Shown here: in pieces, positions 49,782 through 59,606 of the stretch
How the letters are laid out: each line of letters opens with the position of its first letter
Position numbering within the stretch: the first letter of the stretch is position 1
NCBI GenBank assembly: GCA_038121585.1
Contig: JAYONY010000003.1
Coordinates: 25,866-89,865 of the forward strand
Reading direction: 5' to 3'
Length of the DNA stretch: 64,000 nt
Source: an archaeon
GTDB taxonomy: Archaea > Nanobdellota > Nanobdellia > Pacearchaeales > GW2011-AR1
Made by a program: the position numbers and the translations under genes
Notes under the pieces: model-generated
What the model saw: only the letters and a program-made list of their open reading frames with translations
What the model was told of the DNA's origin: nothing
Database searches by the model: none

Positions 49782-50529
49782 TGCACAACCCGAAGACATC
49801 ACAATAGTAGAAGTAGAAAGTAATCCTGCAGGAGTAGATAGTGGGAACGAATGGGTAGAATTGTATGTTCCCCAAAATCTGAGCGCTTCATTCTTCGTAC
49901 TAGAAAATAATGATGGCGATACCATAGAACTCACAGGTAATTTTTCAGCAGGCTACTTTGTATACACATTTGAAAGCGGATGGCTTGATAATAGTGATGA
50001 AAAAGTAATGCTTAAGCTACTTGACGTTGTAGTGAGTGAAACCCCTGTATTTGCAGATAGCGATAATGATGAGTCAACACTACAATTGTGTGGTACTGAA
50101 TGGATTGAAGCACCACATACTCCCGGAACTGCAAATGACTGTCCTGAAGAACCAGAGGAAACTGCCCCTGAAGATACAGTAGAGTCCGAACAAACCACTA
50201 CAGAATCTGAAACCACTGATGAAGAGCCCGAAGATGAAGTACAAGCAGAGAATGAAGAAACTGATGAACCTTCAAGCACTACTACACACTCTCCCGAACC
50301 ACTACAACTTGAGCGTAAAGAAAGCTCAGCTGTACAAGAACAAGGATTTATCATTGAGCGCATCCCCACACAAAACCAACCAATAATTCTGAATGAACCA
50401 GTAGAAACAGCACCTATCCAAGAGACAACCTACCTCTCCCGTGATGGACTGGTACAACGACTCATGATTGGAGGGTTTATTTTTCTCCTTATTGTCCTCG
50501 TAAGCCTTATTATCTTACGGAGAACATAA
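49714..50529 (+). CDS. Lamin-tail-domain surface protein with acidic linker and C-terminal TM
   Basis: EVESNPAGVDSGNEWVELY, LDNSDE. Confidence 0.8.
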   Translation: MMMATRYLFVMLTVCLCIMSSTSAQPEDITIVEVESNPAGVDSGNEWVELYVPQNLSASFFVLENNDGDTIELTGNFSAGYFVYTFESGWLDNSDEKVMLKLLDVVVSETPVFADSDNDESTLQLCGTEWIEAPHTPGTANDCPEEPEETAPEDTVESEQTTTESETTDEEPEDEVQAENEETDEPSSTTTHSPEPLQLERKESSAVQEQGFIIERIPTQNQPIILNEPVETAPIQETTYLSRDGLVQRLMIGGFIFLLIVLVSLIILRRT

Positions 50530-50562
50530 ACATTTATATACGAATGAAATAATTTTTTCATA

Positions 50563-52056
50563 ATGAAAAGAGGGGCATTAGCATTAATTATAATCGGACT
50601 CGTTCTTGTAATGCTTGGCATGATTAGCATAGGCATAAGCCCAACAGGATACGTCGTTAGTGAAGACGTGCAAAAACAAATTGATTCTATACTTGCTACA
50701 AAAAATGTAGAGTCACGAGCAACAGTTGCAACAGCACCAACAACAGAAGGGACTGCAGTACAAGCACAAACATTACCTGAAGCAGAAGAAGAAGAAATAA
50801 TCAAGCAAATAACCGCAGTACAACGAGGAGAAACGAACATTGTTACTCGAACATTCCGTAAATTTTTCAGAAATAAACTTGATGCCGACGGTGATGGAGT
50901 AGTCGCTCTTAGTGATGCAGTACTTTTTGTGAAAGAACGTAATTATGCAGCTGCAGAACAAGTCTTTGAAACAATGTATGGTGGAGAGCCACTCGTATAC
51001 CAATTATCAACGGGGCAAGATACAACTACGTTTACAACCAAAGGCCTAAGCGGTACCTATGAACAAACATTTATTCCGCTCCAAACAAACTCCTCAGGCA
51101 ATAGCACTAACAGCACGGGCGGTAGCTCATCAAGCAGTGGCAGCAGCTCAGGTGGAGGAACACCAGGAGGACTTCCAATGCCCCCAGTATGTACAGGCAC
51201 ATTTGTAAGAGGTAATGTGAATAATGACCAACTATCTCTTATTGATATTGCAGATGTCATTTACGCACTAGAATTCTTATTCCAAACTGGAAACGCACCC
51301 CCATGCGGTGACATTGCAGACATCAATGATGATAACGTACTTGACATTAGCGACCCAGTCTACTTACTCGGATACCTCTTTGGAAATGGAGGGCAACCAT
51401 ACGAGCCATTTCCAACCACTGGCTATGACGAACAAGGAGAAGGAGCATTAACAGGATCACCATGGTCACTTTGTGATGGAATAAATAATGACGCAGCAAC
51501 TGGCGACTTACTCTGTGATGAAGGAGAAGGATGCCCAGGACCTAATGGATGTGGTATGGGCGGTGGCAATCCGACAAATAATACTAATAGCACTAACTCA
51601 ACCAACCCAACAATGCACCTCGAATGTGTCGGACTTCAATGCTTACCAGTACCAGGCGCAGGAGCAAACTTATGTGCAACAGACTTTGACTGTATGAATA
51701 CTACGAATACGAGCTTGCCAGATTTAGTTGTAGCATTTAATACAACAGTACTAAATCCAAGCACTAATAGCACTAATGGAACAGTGTTAGTAGGACTCGT
51801 AGTTACAAACGTCGGTCAGGCAAGTGCAGGACCGAGCCAAACAAGTCTTGCAATAGCACTTTCAGGATCACTTTACTCGCAAGAATCACTTGCTACACCA
51901 GCCCTCACGCCCGGAGCTTCAGCATCTCTCTTTTCAACACTCTCTTCATTCCCTGGAGGATCATATACTACTGATGCTTCCGCAGACGCAGGACAGGCAG
52001 TTGCAGAAAGTAATGAGAATAACAACGACGCAACAGGTAGCTTCATAGTACCCTAA
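50563..52056 (+). CDS. Surface protein with EF-hand/dockerin-like modules and C-terminal CARDB-like domain
   Basis: FVRGNVNND...DIAD...LF..G.APPC.DIADINDD..LDISDP; LPDLVV...NVG...AESNENNN. Confidence 0.85.
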   Translation: MKRGALALIIIGLVLVMLGMISIGISPTGYVVSEDVQKQIDSILATKNVESRATVATAPTTEGTAVQAQTLPEAEEEEIIKQITAVQRGETNIVTRTFRKFFRNKLDADGDGVVALSDAVLFVKERNYAAAEQVFETMYGGEPLVYQLSTGQDTTTFTTKGLSGTYEQTFIPLQTNSSGNSTNSTGGSSSSSGSSSGGGTPGGLPMPPVCTGTFVRGNVNNDQLSLIDIADVIYALEFLFQTGNAPPCGDIADINDDNVLDISDPVYLLGYLFGNGGQPYEPFPTTGYDEQGEGALTGSPWSLCDGINNDAATGDLLCDEGEGCPGPNGCGMGGGNPTNNTNSTNSTNPTMHLECVGLQCLPVPGAGANLCATDFDCMNTTNTSLPDLVVAFNTTVLNPSTNSTNGTVLVGLVVTNVGQASAGPSQTSLAIALSGSLYSQESLATPALTPGASASLFSTLSSFPGGSYTTDASADAGQAVAESNENNNDATGSFIVP

Positions 52057-52087
52057 CCTTTAAAATAGCAAGTATTCTATAGAACCC

Positions 52088-52609
52088 ATGAGTAAAAAGA
52101 TTCAGGCACGATTAATTATTGAGATTATGGGACGCCCACCAGAGCATATTGCAGAAACCCTACAAACACTCGTTGTGCGACTTGGTTCTGAAAACGGAGT
52201 GAGTATTCTTGAAAAGAGTTTTTTTGATCCTCAACCACTAGAAGATACTGATAATCTCTTTACTGCCTTCGCAGAAGTAGAAGCAGAGTTTGAGAACACA
52301 CAGTCATTCTTTGGGATTGTATTCAATTACATGCCTGCTAATGTAGAGATATTATCACCGAAAGAACTTAAGACGAGTAGTGCTGAACTCAGTGAGCTCT
52401 CAAACTTTATTTTACAACGACTCCACCAATACGATGCAATAACAAAACGTGTTGTGGGAGAACGAGATATTTTACTACGTCAAGTGAAGCACTTGCAAGG
52501 CAAAGGCCCTGGACCAGAAAACGCTACGAAAAAAGATACCCCTGCTAAAAGCACATCAAAACGTAAAGGCTCTAAGAAAAACACTAAGAAATCTTCTAAG
52601 AAGAAGTAG
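52088..52609 (+). CDS. Conserved hypothetical protein
   Basis: IEIMGRP.EH, YMP..VEI..P, RLHQYD. Confidence 0.75.
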   Translation: MSKKIQARLIIEIMGRPPEHIAETLQTLVVRLGSENGVSILEKSFFDPQPLEDTDNLFTAFAEVEAEFENTQSFFGIVFNYMPANVEILSPKELKTSSAELSELSNFILQRLHQYDAITKRVVGERDILLRQVKHLQGKGPGPENATKKDTPAKSTSKRKGSKKNTKKSSKKK

Positions 52610-53843
52610 GCTTTCTTGGTGGCGGCATTGCTTCCTTACTCATTTTATTCTTTCGAGGACCATTACTCTTTGTTTTTAGGTATCTCGCAACGATAATGAT
52701 GAGAACGATTAAGACTATAGAAGCTATGAGCCACCCAATAACTACCCCGATTCCTTGCTCACCATCACCATCAAGACACTCCCCAAGACAACATTGTGAA
52801 TAATCAAGTGAAGTAACAGTCTCCCCATCACAAGTTTGTGAACCCAAGCAATCATTACCACCGAGATCTTCATGACAGAGTAATTGTGCAGTTTCTGGAG
52901 GCTCTTCCCCAGTATACTCAATACTAATTGGGACATCAACAGAAATCTCCCCGTTCGAAATTCTAATAACTTCTTGAATTGGTTGGTTAGATTCGACAGG
53001 AGTGAGCAAAACATCAACCGTTGTACCAGGAGCAATGCTTGGAATAAAGGCCGGTTGAGCAGTTAATAGTGAATCATCATATACCACAACTACATTATCT
53101 ATAGCGTCCGCGGTAGGATTATGAATGCTTAAAGTATAACTTTGTAGATTATCAATAACTACCAAACTATCAATCTGCTCAGGAACTACAGAGAAAATAA
53201 ATTCTTCAGTGATAGTTTGATTTTGTTCCGAGGTTGTATTTTGAGCTGGACCCTCACCAAGTGATTGTCCAACATATACCGGCACAGTATACGCCCCAAC
53301 AGTTACCCCCATAAACCCTATTGGAGTGCTTTCAGGAAGAGTAACATAGATATCATTCTCTCCAGGACTAATAGCCACCTCATTACCGCCAGCAGTAATA
53401 GTGCCTGGAAAGTCTTCGTAGGACGTATAGGTGAATTCTAGCACTGTGTCTGTAGCGCGAACAATCCCTGGTCGAATAGTCGCTACTGCGCTTTGATTTG
53501 TTACCCTAAATGAATCAGCAATATCCTCAAAAACAACTACTCCATTCGATACGGTTGCAACGTCGTGAACATACAACGTGTAATTGTTCTGACTACTTGG
53601 AGCAACACCCCATATAAACCATGAACTACCAAGCCGTTTCACCCCATATTCAAAAGGCACTTGCACATTATTACGCTTGAGTTCGATTTGATCAGGAGTG
53701 ATTGGTTGCAACACAGCACCTCCAATTTCAACAATCATAGTTTCTTGCTGCGCATACGTTTCAGCAAGCGTAGTTGAGAGAGCTGTTACACCACTTACTG
53801 ACATCAACACCAACACACACACAAATACTGTCCTATACATCAT
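52596..53843 (-). CDS. Secreted Ig-like surface protein with Cys motif and C-terminal TM
   Basis: Signal peptide, C....GG..C....CC.GEC, TM. Confidence 0.75.
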   Translation of the reverse strand: MMYRTVFVCVLVLMSVSGVTALSTTLAETYAQQETMIVEIGGAVLQPITPDQIELKRNNVQVPFEYGVKRLGSSWFIWGVAPSSQNNYTLYVHDVATVSNGVVVFEDIADSFRVTNQSAVATIRPGIVRATDTVLEFTYTSYEDFPGTITAGGNEVAISPGENDIYVTLPESTPIGFMGVTVGAYTVPVYVGQSLGEGPAQNTTSEQNQTITEEFIFSVVPEQIDSLVVIDNLQSYTLSIHNPTADAIDNVVVVYDDSLLTAQPAFIPSIAPGTTVDVLLTPVESNQPIQEVIRISNGEISVDVPISIEYTGEEPPETAQLLCHEDLGGNDCLGSQTCDGETVTSLDYSQCCLGECLDGDGEQGIGVVIGWLIASIVLIVLIIIVARYLKTKSNGPRKNKMSKEAMPPPRKPTSS

Positions 53844-53844
53844 T

Positions 53845-55662
53845 CTATCGACTAATTTGCTTTAATTTTCTAAGTGTATCGTTAAGCTCTTTATCAGTGC
53901 GTGAATTTCTAGGCACTCTTCGAGCTGGTGGTGTGCCACGAGGCATGCCTGATTGCATTCTTGCAGGAGCAGCTCCAAAAGATGGAGGAGGACTATCACG
54001 ACCAAAACCGCCAGGAGGCATCTTACCAGCACTTTTTGGAGGTTTCTTCTGGAATAATCGCCTCAAACGCTTTCTAAAGAGTAAGAGGATGAGCAACAGT
54101 ACAATAAGAGCTATTAATACAATAATCACGATATTAATGGTGCCATCATCTACTGGATCTGTATCAACCACACAACACACAAGCCCTGGGTCTGAACACT
54201 CAAAATCTTTTTGTTCCTCATCAAGGGAAGGGTTACAACTTAGATAACAAGTTCCACCAAAATCAGTACATTCATCCTGAGTATTTGTCACGATAGGCTC
54301 ACATACGGAAGTACAACAGCTCCCTTCAGAAGAAGGCTCTACTGGCCCAGTACATTGCTCGTTAGAATCACACAATACTCCGCCCTGATCTGAACAAGTA
54401 GGTTCTTCAACAGGAACGGTACAACAAATGTCAAGACTACTTGTACAAGCCGCAACGGGAACTCTTGTCCCACCAGCACTATTACATGCAGGGCCAGGCT
54501 CAACACAGTATCCCGGAACACTAACTCCACAAATAAGTGTTTCACCACCACCTCCTGAAACAGTTGGTACTGAAGTCGGCCACCCGGCGTACAATAAGAA
54601 TGCAGTATCACGCAAATTATCTCCGTTCCAACACCCTGCAGGAGTCTGTACATTAAGCAAATATTCGTACGTATCAATCACTTCTTGAGCTGAAGAACCT
54701 TGCAGTGCTAAAAGTGCTAATGCAGTATTATAGAACTTCCCATAGCCTGAGCCTGGCGCCTGCCAATATTGTCCCTGAATCTGTGACTGAATAATCGCGT
54801 CATATTGATCATCACCTTGCGCAACTTTATACAAAAAACTATCAGGGAAATATTTCACATTATCTTCCGCAAGAGCTAGTAAATAAGGCAGATACGGAGT
54901 AATATCCTCCCCTATTTTTGCAAGTGTTAACGCACCCCAAAGTGTTCCCTCATATGAACATTGAGAACCTTGCTTTAAACAAAGAGAATTAACAGATTCT
55001 TCAGTAGTCCCTGACGAAGCAGCTGAGTGCGTATTTGGGGATATGAAAATAGTGCTTGAACCATCTTTTTGGTAGAGCATATTCGTTACAAAATCCTGGT
55101 CACAACTAATTTGAAAGGTTTCATCAAGACAAGACGTTTTAACCTTAAGCCAGTATCCAGAGGAAGTGATATCAAAACAATTACCTGGCGCGCCACTTAA
55201 CGTCATATCATCAAGTACTGAGACAGAATGCGTGTTACCTTGATAGTTCAACGTGCATTCTGACGCCGCATGGTTATTAATATCAATTTGTAAGAACCAA
55301 GAAAGATCATCCGAGGTATCAGTTTGTGCAAGAAGCCATTCTCCAATAGGAGCGGTATCAAGATTCACTCGATCATACGCAAGCCCTACTAGCGCAGTAT
55401 CTCGCACTTTACAACTCCCTTCAGGCCAACAATCATCACCGCCTAAATCCCCAAGCCGGCTTATTAGTTTAGCATCTGCACCAACTGAGAGCATGCCAAA
55501 CACTGCTTCGTCAAGTGAAAGAGCACTTTCTTCTCTTGCATCAATAAGATCATCAAGACATTGTCGAGCAAGTGTAACGCCTGGTGGCTCAGATTGTGCA
55601 ACTGCAAGTGGTACAAGCACTACCACTAGCATTAATGCGAGAATCACCCCTCGTTTTCCCAT
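53845..55662 (-). CDS. Surface protein with prenyltransferase/terpene-cyclase-like helical motifs, Cys-rich repeats and TM
   Basis: TALALLAL, YLL..Q...GCW....RDTA; three C...GG.C...CC repeats; Pro-rich tail. Confidence 0.75.
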   Translation of the reverse strand: MGKRGVILALMLVVVLVPLAVAQSEPPGVTLARQCLDDLIDAREESALSLDEAVFGMLSVGADAKLISRLGDLGGDDCWPEGSCKVRDTALVGLAYDRVNLDTAPIGEWLLAQTDTSDDLSWFLQIDINNHAASECTLNYQGNTHSVSVLDDMTLSGAPGNCFDITSSGYWLKVKTSCLDETFQISCDQDFVTNMLYQKDGSSTIFISPNTHSAASSGTTEESVNSLCLKQGSQCSYEGTLWGALTLAKIGEDITPYLPYLLALAEDNVKYFPDSFLYKVAQGDDQYDAIIQSQIQGQYWQAPGSGYGKFYNTALALLALQGSSAQEVIDTYEYLLNVQTPAGCWNGDNLRDTAFLLYAGWPTSVPTVSGGGGETLICGVSVPGYCVEPGPACNSAGGTRVPVAACTSSLDICCTVPVEEPTCSDQGGVLCDSNEQCTGPVEPSSEGSCCTSVCEPIVTNTQDECTDFGGTCYLSCNPSLDEEQKDFECSDPGLVCCVVDTDPVDDGTINIVIIVLIALIVLLLILLLFRKRLRRLFQKKPPKSAGKMPPGGFGRDSPPPSFGAAPARMQSGMPRGTPPARRVPRNSRTDKELNDTLRKLKQISR

Positions 55663-55707
55663 ACGGTAGTGAGGACGCTGTTGTTTTTAAAGATATAGCA
55701 ACGGCGA

Positions 55708-56265
55708 CTACTTCTGAGTGCGCAAATAGTTTGCAAAGTGCTTCATTGCAGGTTGAACCATTGATCGAGCATACCGTGCAGCTTCTTTTTTTCCGAGTTC
55801 TTCAGACCAGACTAACCGTTCATTTTGTTCGATAGCGCTTAGCACTTGCAAAGCTTCCCTCGCTGTGTCTAAGCGCCTTGTTTGCATTGGAACTATGCCA
55901 AACGCCGCGTAACGTTCCAGACTCGTGGCGTACTCATGCATGACGGCATAGGGATGGCTTTGACCAACCAGAACCCCGTTTTCATAAGAGGGAATTCGCA
56001 CCTTTGCTTGTCTGAGCAAGTCAAGCGAACCATACAGCTTTGTTGTTTCAAAAGACTTTTTTTTAAGAGTGTTTTGATTTTTAGATGAAACACTTACTTT
56101 TTTTCGAGGTTTCTTAAGTACAGGAAGCGCGTTAGCAATTTGTGTATTCTCTGCTTCTTGAAAAACCTTTTTTTCCAAGGAGGGCGCCTGCTGCGAGTCA
56201 TCATAATTTGCACACCCACTCAGTCCGAGGGTAAGTGCTGTCGCTAAAATAGAAGTTCGCTTCAT
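55708..56265 (-). CDS. Hypothetical lipoprotein-like protein
   Basis: MKRTSILATALTLGLSG|C lipobox. Confidence 0.6.
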   Translation of the reverse strand: MKRTSILATALTLGLSGCANYDDSQQAPSLEKKVFQEAENTQIANALPVLKKPRKKVSVSSKNQNTLKKKSFETTKLYGSLDLLRQAKVRIPSYENGVLVGQSHPYAVMHEYATSLERYAAFGIVPMQTRRLDTAREALQVLSAIEQNERLVWSEELGKKEAARYARSMVQPAMKHFANYLRTQK

Positions 56266-56295
56266 GAAACTATTTTTTCAGAGTTCTATAAATAT

Positions 56296-57891
56296 CTATT
56301 GGTCAGAATGCTTTTGTCGACGGATAGAACGCATAATCTCACTCAAAGGATTCTTATCCTGAGGAGGCTTATCAAATAACTGAAGATCGCGATAAAATGA
56401 AGGGTTTGAGTAATTTGGAGGTAGGATTTTACGTTTTTGCTTCAAGTGCCAATCAATCTGAGAAGCAAGATACCCTTCCTTGAGCGGAGGGTCATTCTTC
56501 TTATTCCATTCGCGAACCTTGTCATTAATGTATTCTGGAGAGAAATTACACGCCCGTAAGAACGTAATGAGGACAAAAGCCCCTCGCTTACGGCCATCAG
56601 TAAGCCCCTTCATTAATTTTTTAATAGGCCGAGGAAACATCTCCTCAGTCACACCCTCAATAGAAATTTGCTCATGATTTGCATAACTCTTTTTACGAGT
56701 CGCCTCTTGCGTTGCATCATCAACTTTCTTCCATTCTAAAGCAGCCGCAAGTAATTTTTCAGCCTCACCCACACGAACTTCCTGTGGAAAGAAGGATTGC
56801 ACCTCTTTAAGCTTGAGCGGGTGTGCATCACGAGGAGAAAACGAATCAATCTGTGACTTCTCCATCACAACCGAAGCTAACGCAGTCTTTTCGTGCAAAG
56901 AATACGGCATGCGAAATAAGTGCCTTGACGCAACAAGCACTAAGTCTAAAGAAGCAATAGCCTCACCAGAAACTTCCTCTTTAAAATCAGCAGCCTCAGC
57001 CTTATTTCGCGCTTCTTGCGTGTAGGTAACTTTCGACCCGGAAGCATAGGTTTTGTCAACCGAATCAGCACCGCAATGCTCGCACTTAAAATAGTCCTGT
57101 TGTGACCCCACTAAAAGTTCACCAGGGCATGTATCATCAATACACTTGAGTTTACGCTTCGTAATTTTTGGGTCGCGACGTTGTACCGTAGTAGCACAGC
57201 GCGAACATCTAAAATCAACAATCACCCCTTTTTTTGCGTCTTTACCACAACTCGGACAGACCGTTTGGGTAATATCCTCTTTTTTGAGTTTAGTACGTTC
57301 TTCAAGCGCTTTAAAATTAATATTCTGAGCAGATACAATCTTGTTATATTCAGGCCGAATTTCCTTAAGAAGAAATTCTGAAATAGCCCGCGGCCACTCT
57401 GGAAACATCTCGGCAGTTTGAACCCCTGCAAACACTCGCGGAAACGCCTTAGCTGGAACGATTAGATGAAACCCCTTACTACCTGAAAACTTCAGACCAT
57501 AGTTAGTGATGCCATACTTTTCAAGCTGTGCAATTATTAACTTAGCAGCAATTTTTGAATAATCAAGGTACGGAGAGTCAATATCGACCAGCAAATCCCA
57601 CCCCTTACGCAGCTCAGTCAGTTCATGTTGTGCCATGTCAGATGAAATTTCCAACGGATTATGCCAGAGTTCTTCCGAACAATGAAACGATGTCGCCCCC
57701 TTACCTACCAACCCCGCTGCATCAGACGGGTACTGCAAGGCATCTGGACGCTTCCCAAACCCCTGATAGAACCGCGGGACAACCTCCCGGTCAGTCGCAA
57801 ACTCAAAAATGGCACTGAGCACTTTGGGATTACTGTAATACAGCTGTGCTATCTGCTTAACACGAGGAACTTGAGGCATGTAGTTCTGCAC
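56296..57891 (-). CDS. Fused DNA primase PriS-PriL
   Basis: WDLLVDID, KFSGSKGFH, D.....RHLFRMPYSLHEK, then PriL-like DGRKR...LPPN. Confidence 0.92.
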   Translation of the reverse strand: MQNYMPQVPRVKQIAQLYYSNPKVLSAIFEFATDREVVPRFYQGFGKRPDALQYPSDAAGLVGKGATSFHCSEELWHNPLEISSDMAQHELTELRKGWDLLVDIDSPYLDYSKIAAKLIIAQLEKYGITNYGLKFSGSKGFHLIVPAKAFPRVFAGVQTAEMFPEWPRAISEFLLKEIRPEYNKIVSAQNINFKALEERTKLKKEDITQTVCPSCGKDAKKGVIVDFRCSRCATTVQRRDPKITKRKLKCIDDTCPGELLVGSQQDYFKCEHCGADSVDKTYASGSKVTYTQEARNKAEAADFKEEVSGEAIASLDLVLVASRHLFRMPYSLHEKTALASVVMEKSQIDSFSPRDAHPLKLKEVQSFFPQEVRVGEAEKLLAAALEWKKVDDATQEATRKKSYANHEQISIEGVTEEMFPRPIKKLMKGLTDGRKRGAFVLITFLRACNFSPEYINDKVREWNKKNDPPLKEGYLASQIDWHLKQKRKILPPNYSNPSFYRDLQLFDKPPQDKNPLSEIMRSIRRQKHSDQ

Positions 57892-57965
57892 CCCTTCGTG
57901 TTTATATTCTTGTTGTCGCTAGCGACCACCATAATCCTTAAAAGTTCGAGAGGGTACGCTACTCA

Positions 57966-58694
57966 ATGCAAGTAAAACTTGAAGACCCCCGATTTTTCGC
58001 CAATTTGATAGGCATTATCTCAGAACTAGTGACAGAAGTGCGCATCAAGCTCAATGATAAAGGAATGCACCTTGTCGCAATAGATCCTGCTTCAGTGGCA
58101 ATGGTACACTTCAATATCCCAGCAGAGCTGTTTGCTAACTACAATGTAGAAAAAGAAGAAGTGCTCGGGGTAAATCTTGATAATCTCAAAGCAATATTGC
58201 GCCGATGTAAACTCGGCTCATCACTCATTATGAGTCGAGAAGAAAATCTGCTTAAGATACGCATTCCAGAGAAAATAAAACGAGACTTTACATTAGCATT
58301 GATTGATGTTGAAGGTGAAGATAAAGAAATGCCAGAATGGGAATTTTCATCAGTTGTTAAGATGGACTCGCAAGACTTTGTTGATGCAGTAGAAGACTGT
58401 GCTATTGTATCTGACGCATGCACATTCAAAACAGAACCAAAATCATTTGTTATCGAAGCTAAAGGCCTAAACTCCGCACGAGCAGAATTCTCATCTGAAG
58501 AAGTAGATATTTTTGCAGACAGCAGTGTTGCGAGATTCTCACTTGAATACCTTATGAAATTCATCAAAGGAGCTAAAATCTCTAATCGAGCAGAAATCAA
58601 CTTCTCAGACAATCACCCAATGAAACTTAACTTCCCAACAGGCAAGGTAATGCTAAGTTTTGTACTAGCACCACGTGTCGAACAGGACGATTGA
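57966..58694 (+). CDS. pcn: PCNA sliding clamp
   Basis: AIDPASVAMV, ARFSLEYL, LAPRVE. Confidence 0.97.
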   Translation: MQVKLEDPRFFANLIGIISELVTEVRIKLNDKGMHLVAIDPASVAMVHFNIPAELFANYNVEKEEVLGVNLDNLKAILRRCKLGSSLIMSREENLLKIRIPEKIKRDFTLALIDVEGEDKEMPEWEFSSVVKMDSQDFVDAVEDCAIVSDACTFKTEPKSFVIEAKGLNSARAEFSSEEVDIFADSSVARFSLEYLMKFIKGAKISNRAEINFSDNHPMKLNFPTGKVMLSFVLAPRVEQDD

Positions 58695-58797
58695 CATCGT
58701 CCTGTGCTTTCCAACTTTTAGACCTTGCCTACGCAAGGAGTCAGCCAAAAGTTGTCAACGAACAGGAGGACTAAGTCTCACTGAACAAGACGATTGA
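58680..58797 (+). repeat. Three copies of the PCNA 3' end with hairpins
   Basis: GAACAGGACGATTGA 58680, GAACAGGAGGACTAA 58760, GAACAAGACGATTGA 58783. Confidence 0.8.
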
Positions 58798-58826
58798 TTT
58801 TTATACTTTCCAACGCTGTTTACACA

Positions 58827-59606
58827 ATGAAAAAGGGGTGTTTGCAAGGGTTTAACTCTCGAGGACAGATGACTATGTTCATTATCATCGCTCTCGGACT
58901 CGTAGGCGCAATGCTCATCTACCTCATTGTTCGAGGTGATCAAAACCCTTTTGGACTTTTTGATGGGGATGAAGAACCTGCAACGTTTGTTCGGACCTGC
59001 GTTCGTGACACCGCCCGTGAAACAATAGCCACAATGCTTCCTCAAGGCGGATTTGTCACACCAAGCAATTACATACTGTACGGAGGAGCGCAGATAGAAT
59101 ATATTTGTAGCACACCAAACTTCTATGATACGTGCACCATGCAACACCCATCATTCACTACGGTCTTACAAGAAGAATTACGCGCGGAAATAACAGATGA
59201 GATAAGCGCGTGCTATACGAGCCTTGAAGAAAATTTGCGAGACGAAGGATTTAGCGTATCAGCAGAAGGAGAAGACATACTAGTTACCGTCCTGCCTGGC
59301 ACTGTGCGCGTAGAAGTGCAACGATCAATAACCTACACTGGAGAATCAACCCAAACAGTGCCTCACGTAACAACCTCGTTTCAAACACCACTCTACGAGT
59401 TTGGCATGCTCGCCTCAACCATCGCTAATGCAGAAGCAGCAAACTGCGACTTTGATTATATACTGTACATGCAAAATTACCCTCAATGGGACTTGCGCAA
59501 ATGGACAACATCTGATGGGAGTAAAATTTACACAATGCATGATTTAGAAAGCGATACTACCATGAACATAGCTACACGGGGGTGCGTTTTACCCGCAGGA
59601 CTATGA
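58827..59606 (+). CDS. Pilin-like protein with class III signal peptide
   Basis: RG|QMTMFIIIAL; QGG, YICS motifs shared with 62929..63693. Confidence 0.8.
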   Translation: MKKGCLQGFNSRGQMTMFIIIALGLVGAMLIYLIVRGDQNPFGLFDGDEEPATFVRTCVRDTARETIATMLPQGGFVTPSNYILYGGAQIEYICSTPNFYDTCTMQHPSFTTVLQEELRAEITDEISACYTSLEENLRDEGFSVSAEGEDILVTVLPGTVRVEVQRSITYTGESTQTVPHVTTSFQTPLYEFGMLASTIANAEAANCDFDYILYMQNYPQWDLRKWTTSDGSKIYTMHDLESDTTMNIATRGCVLPAGL

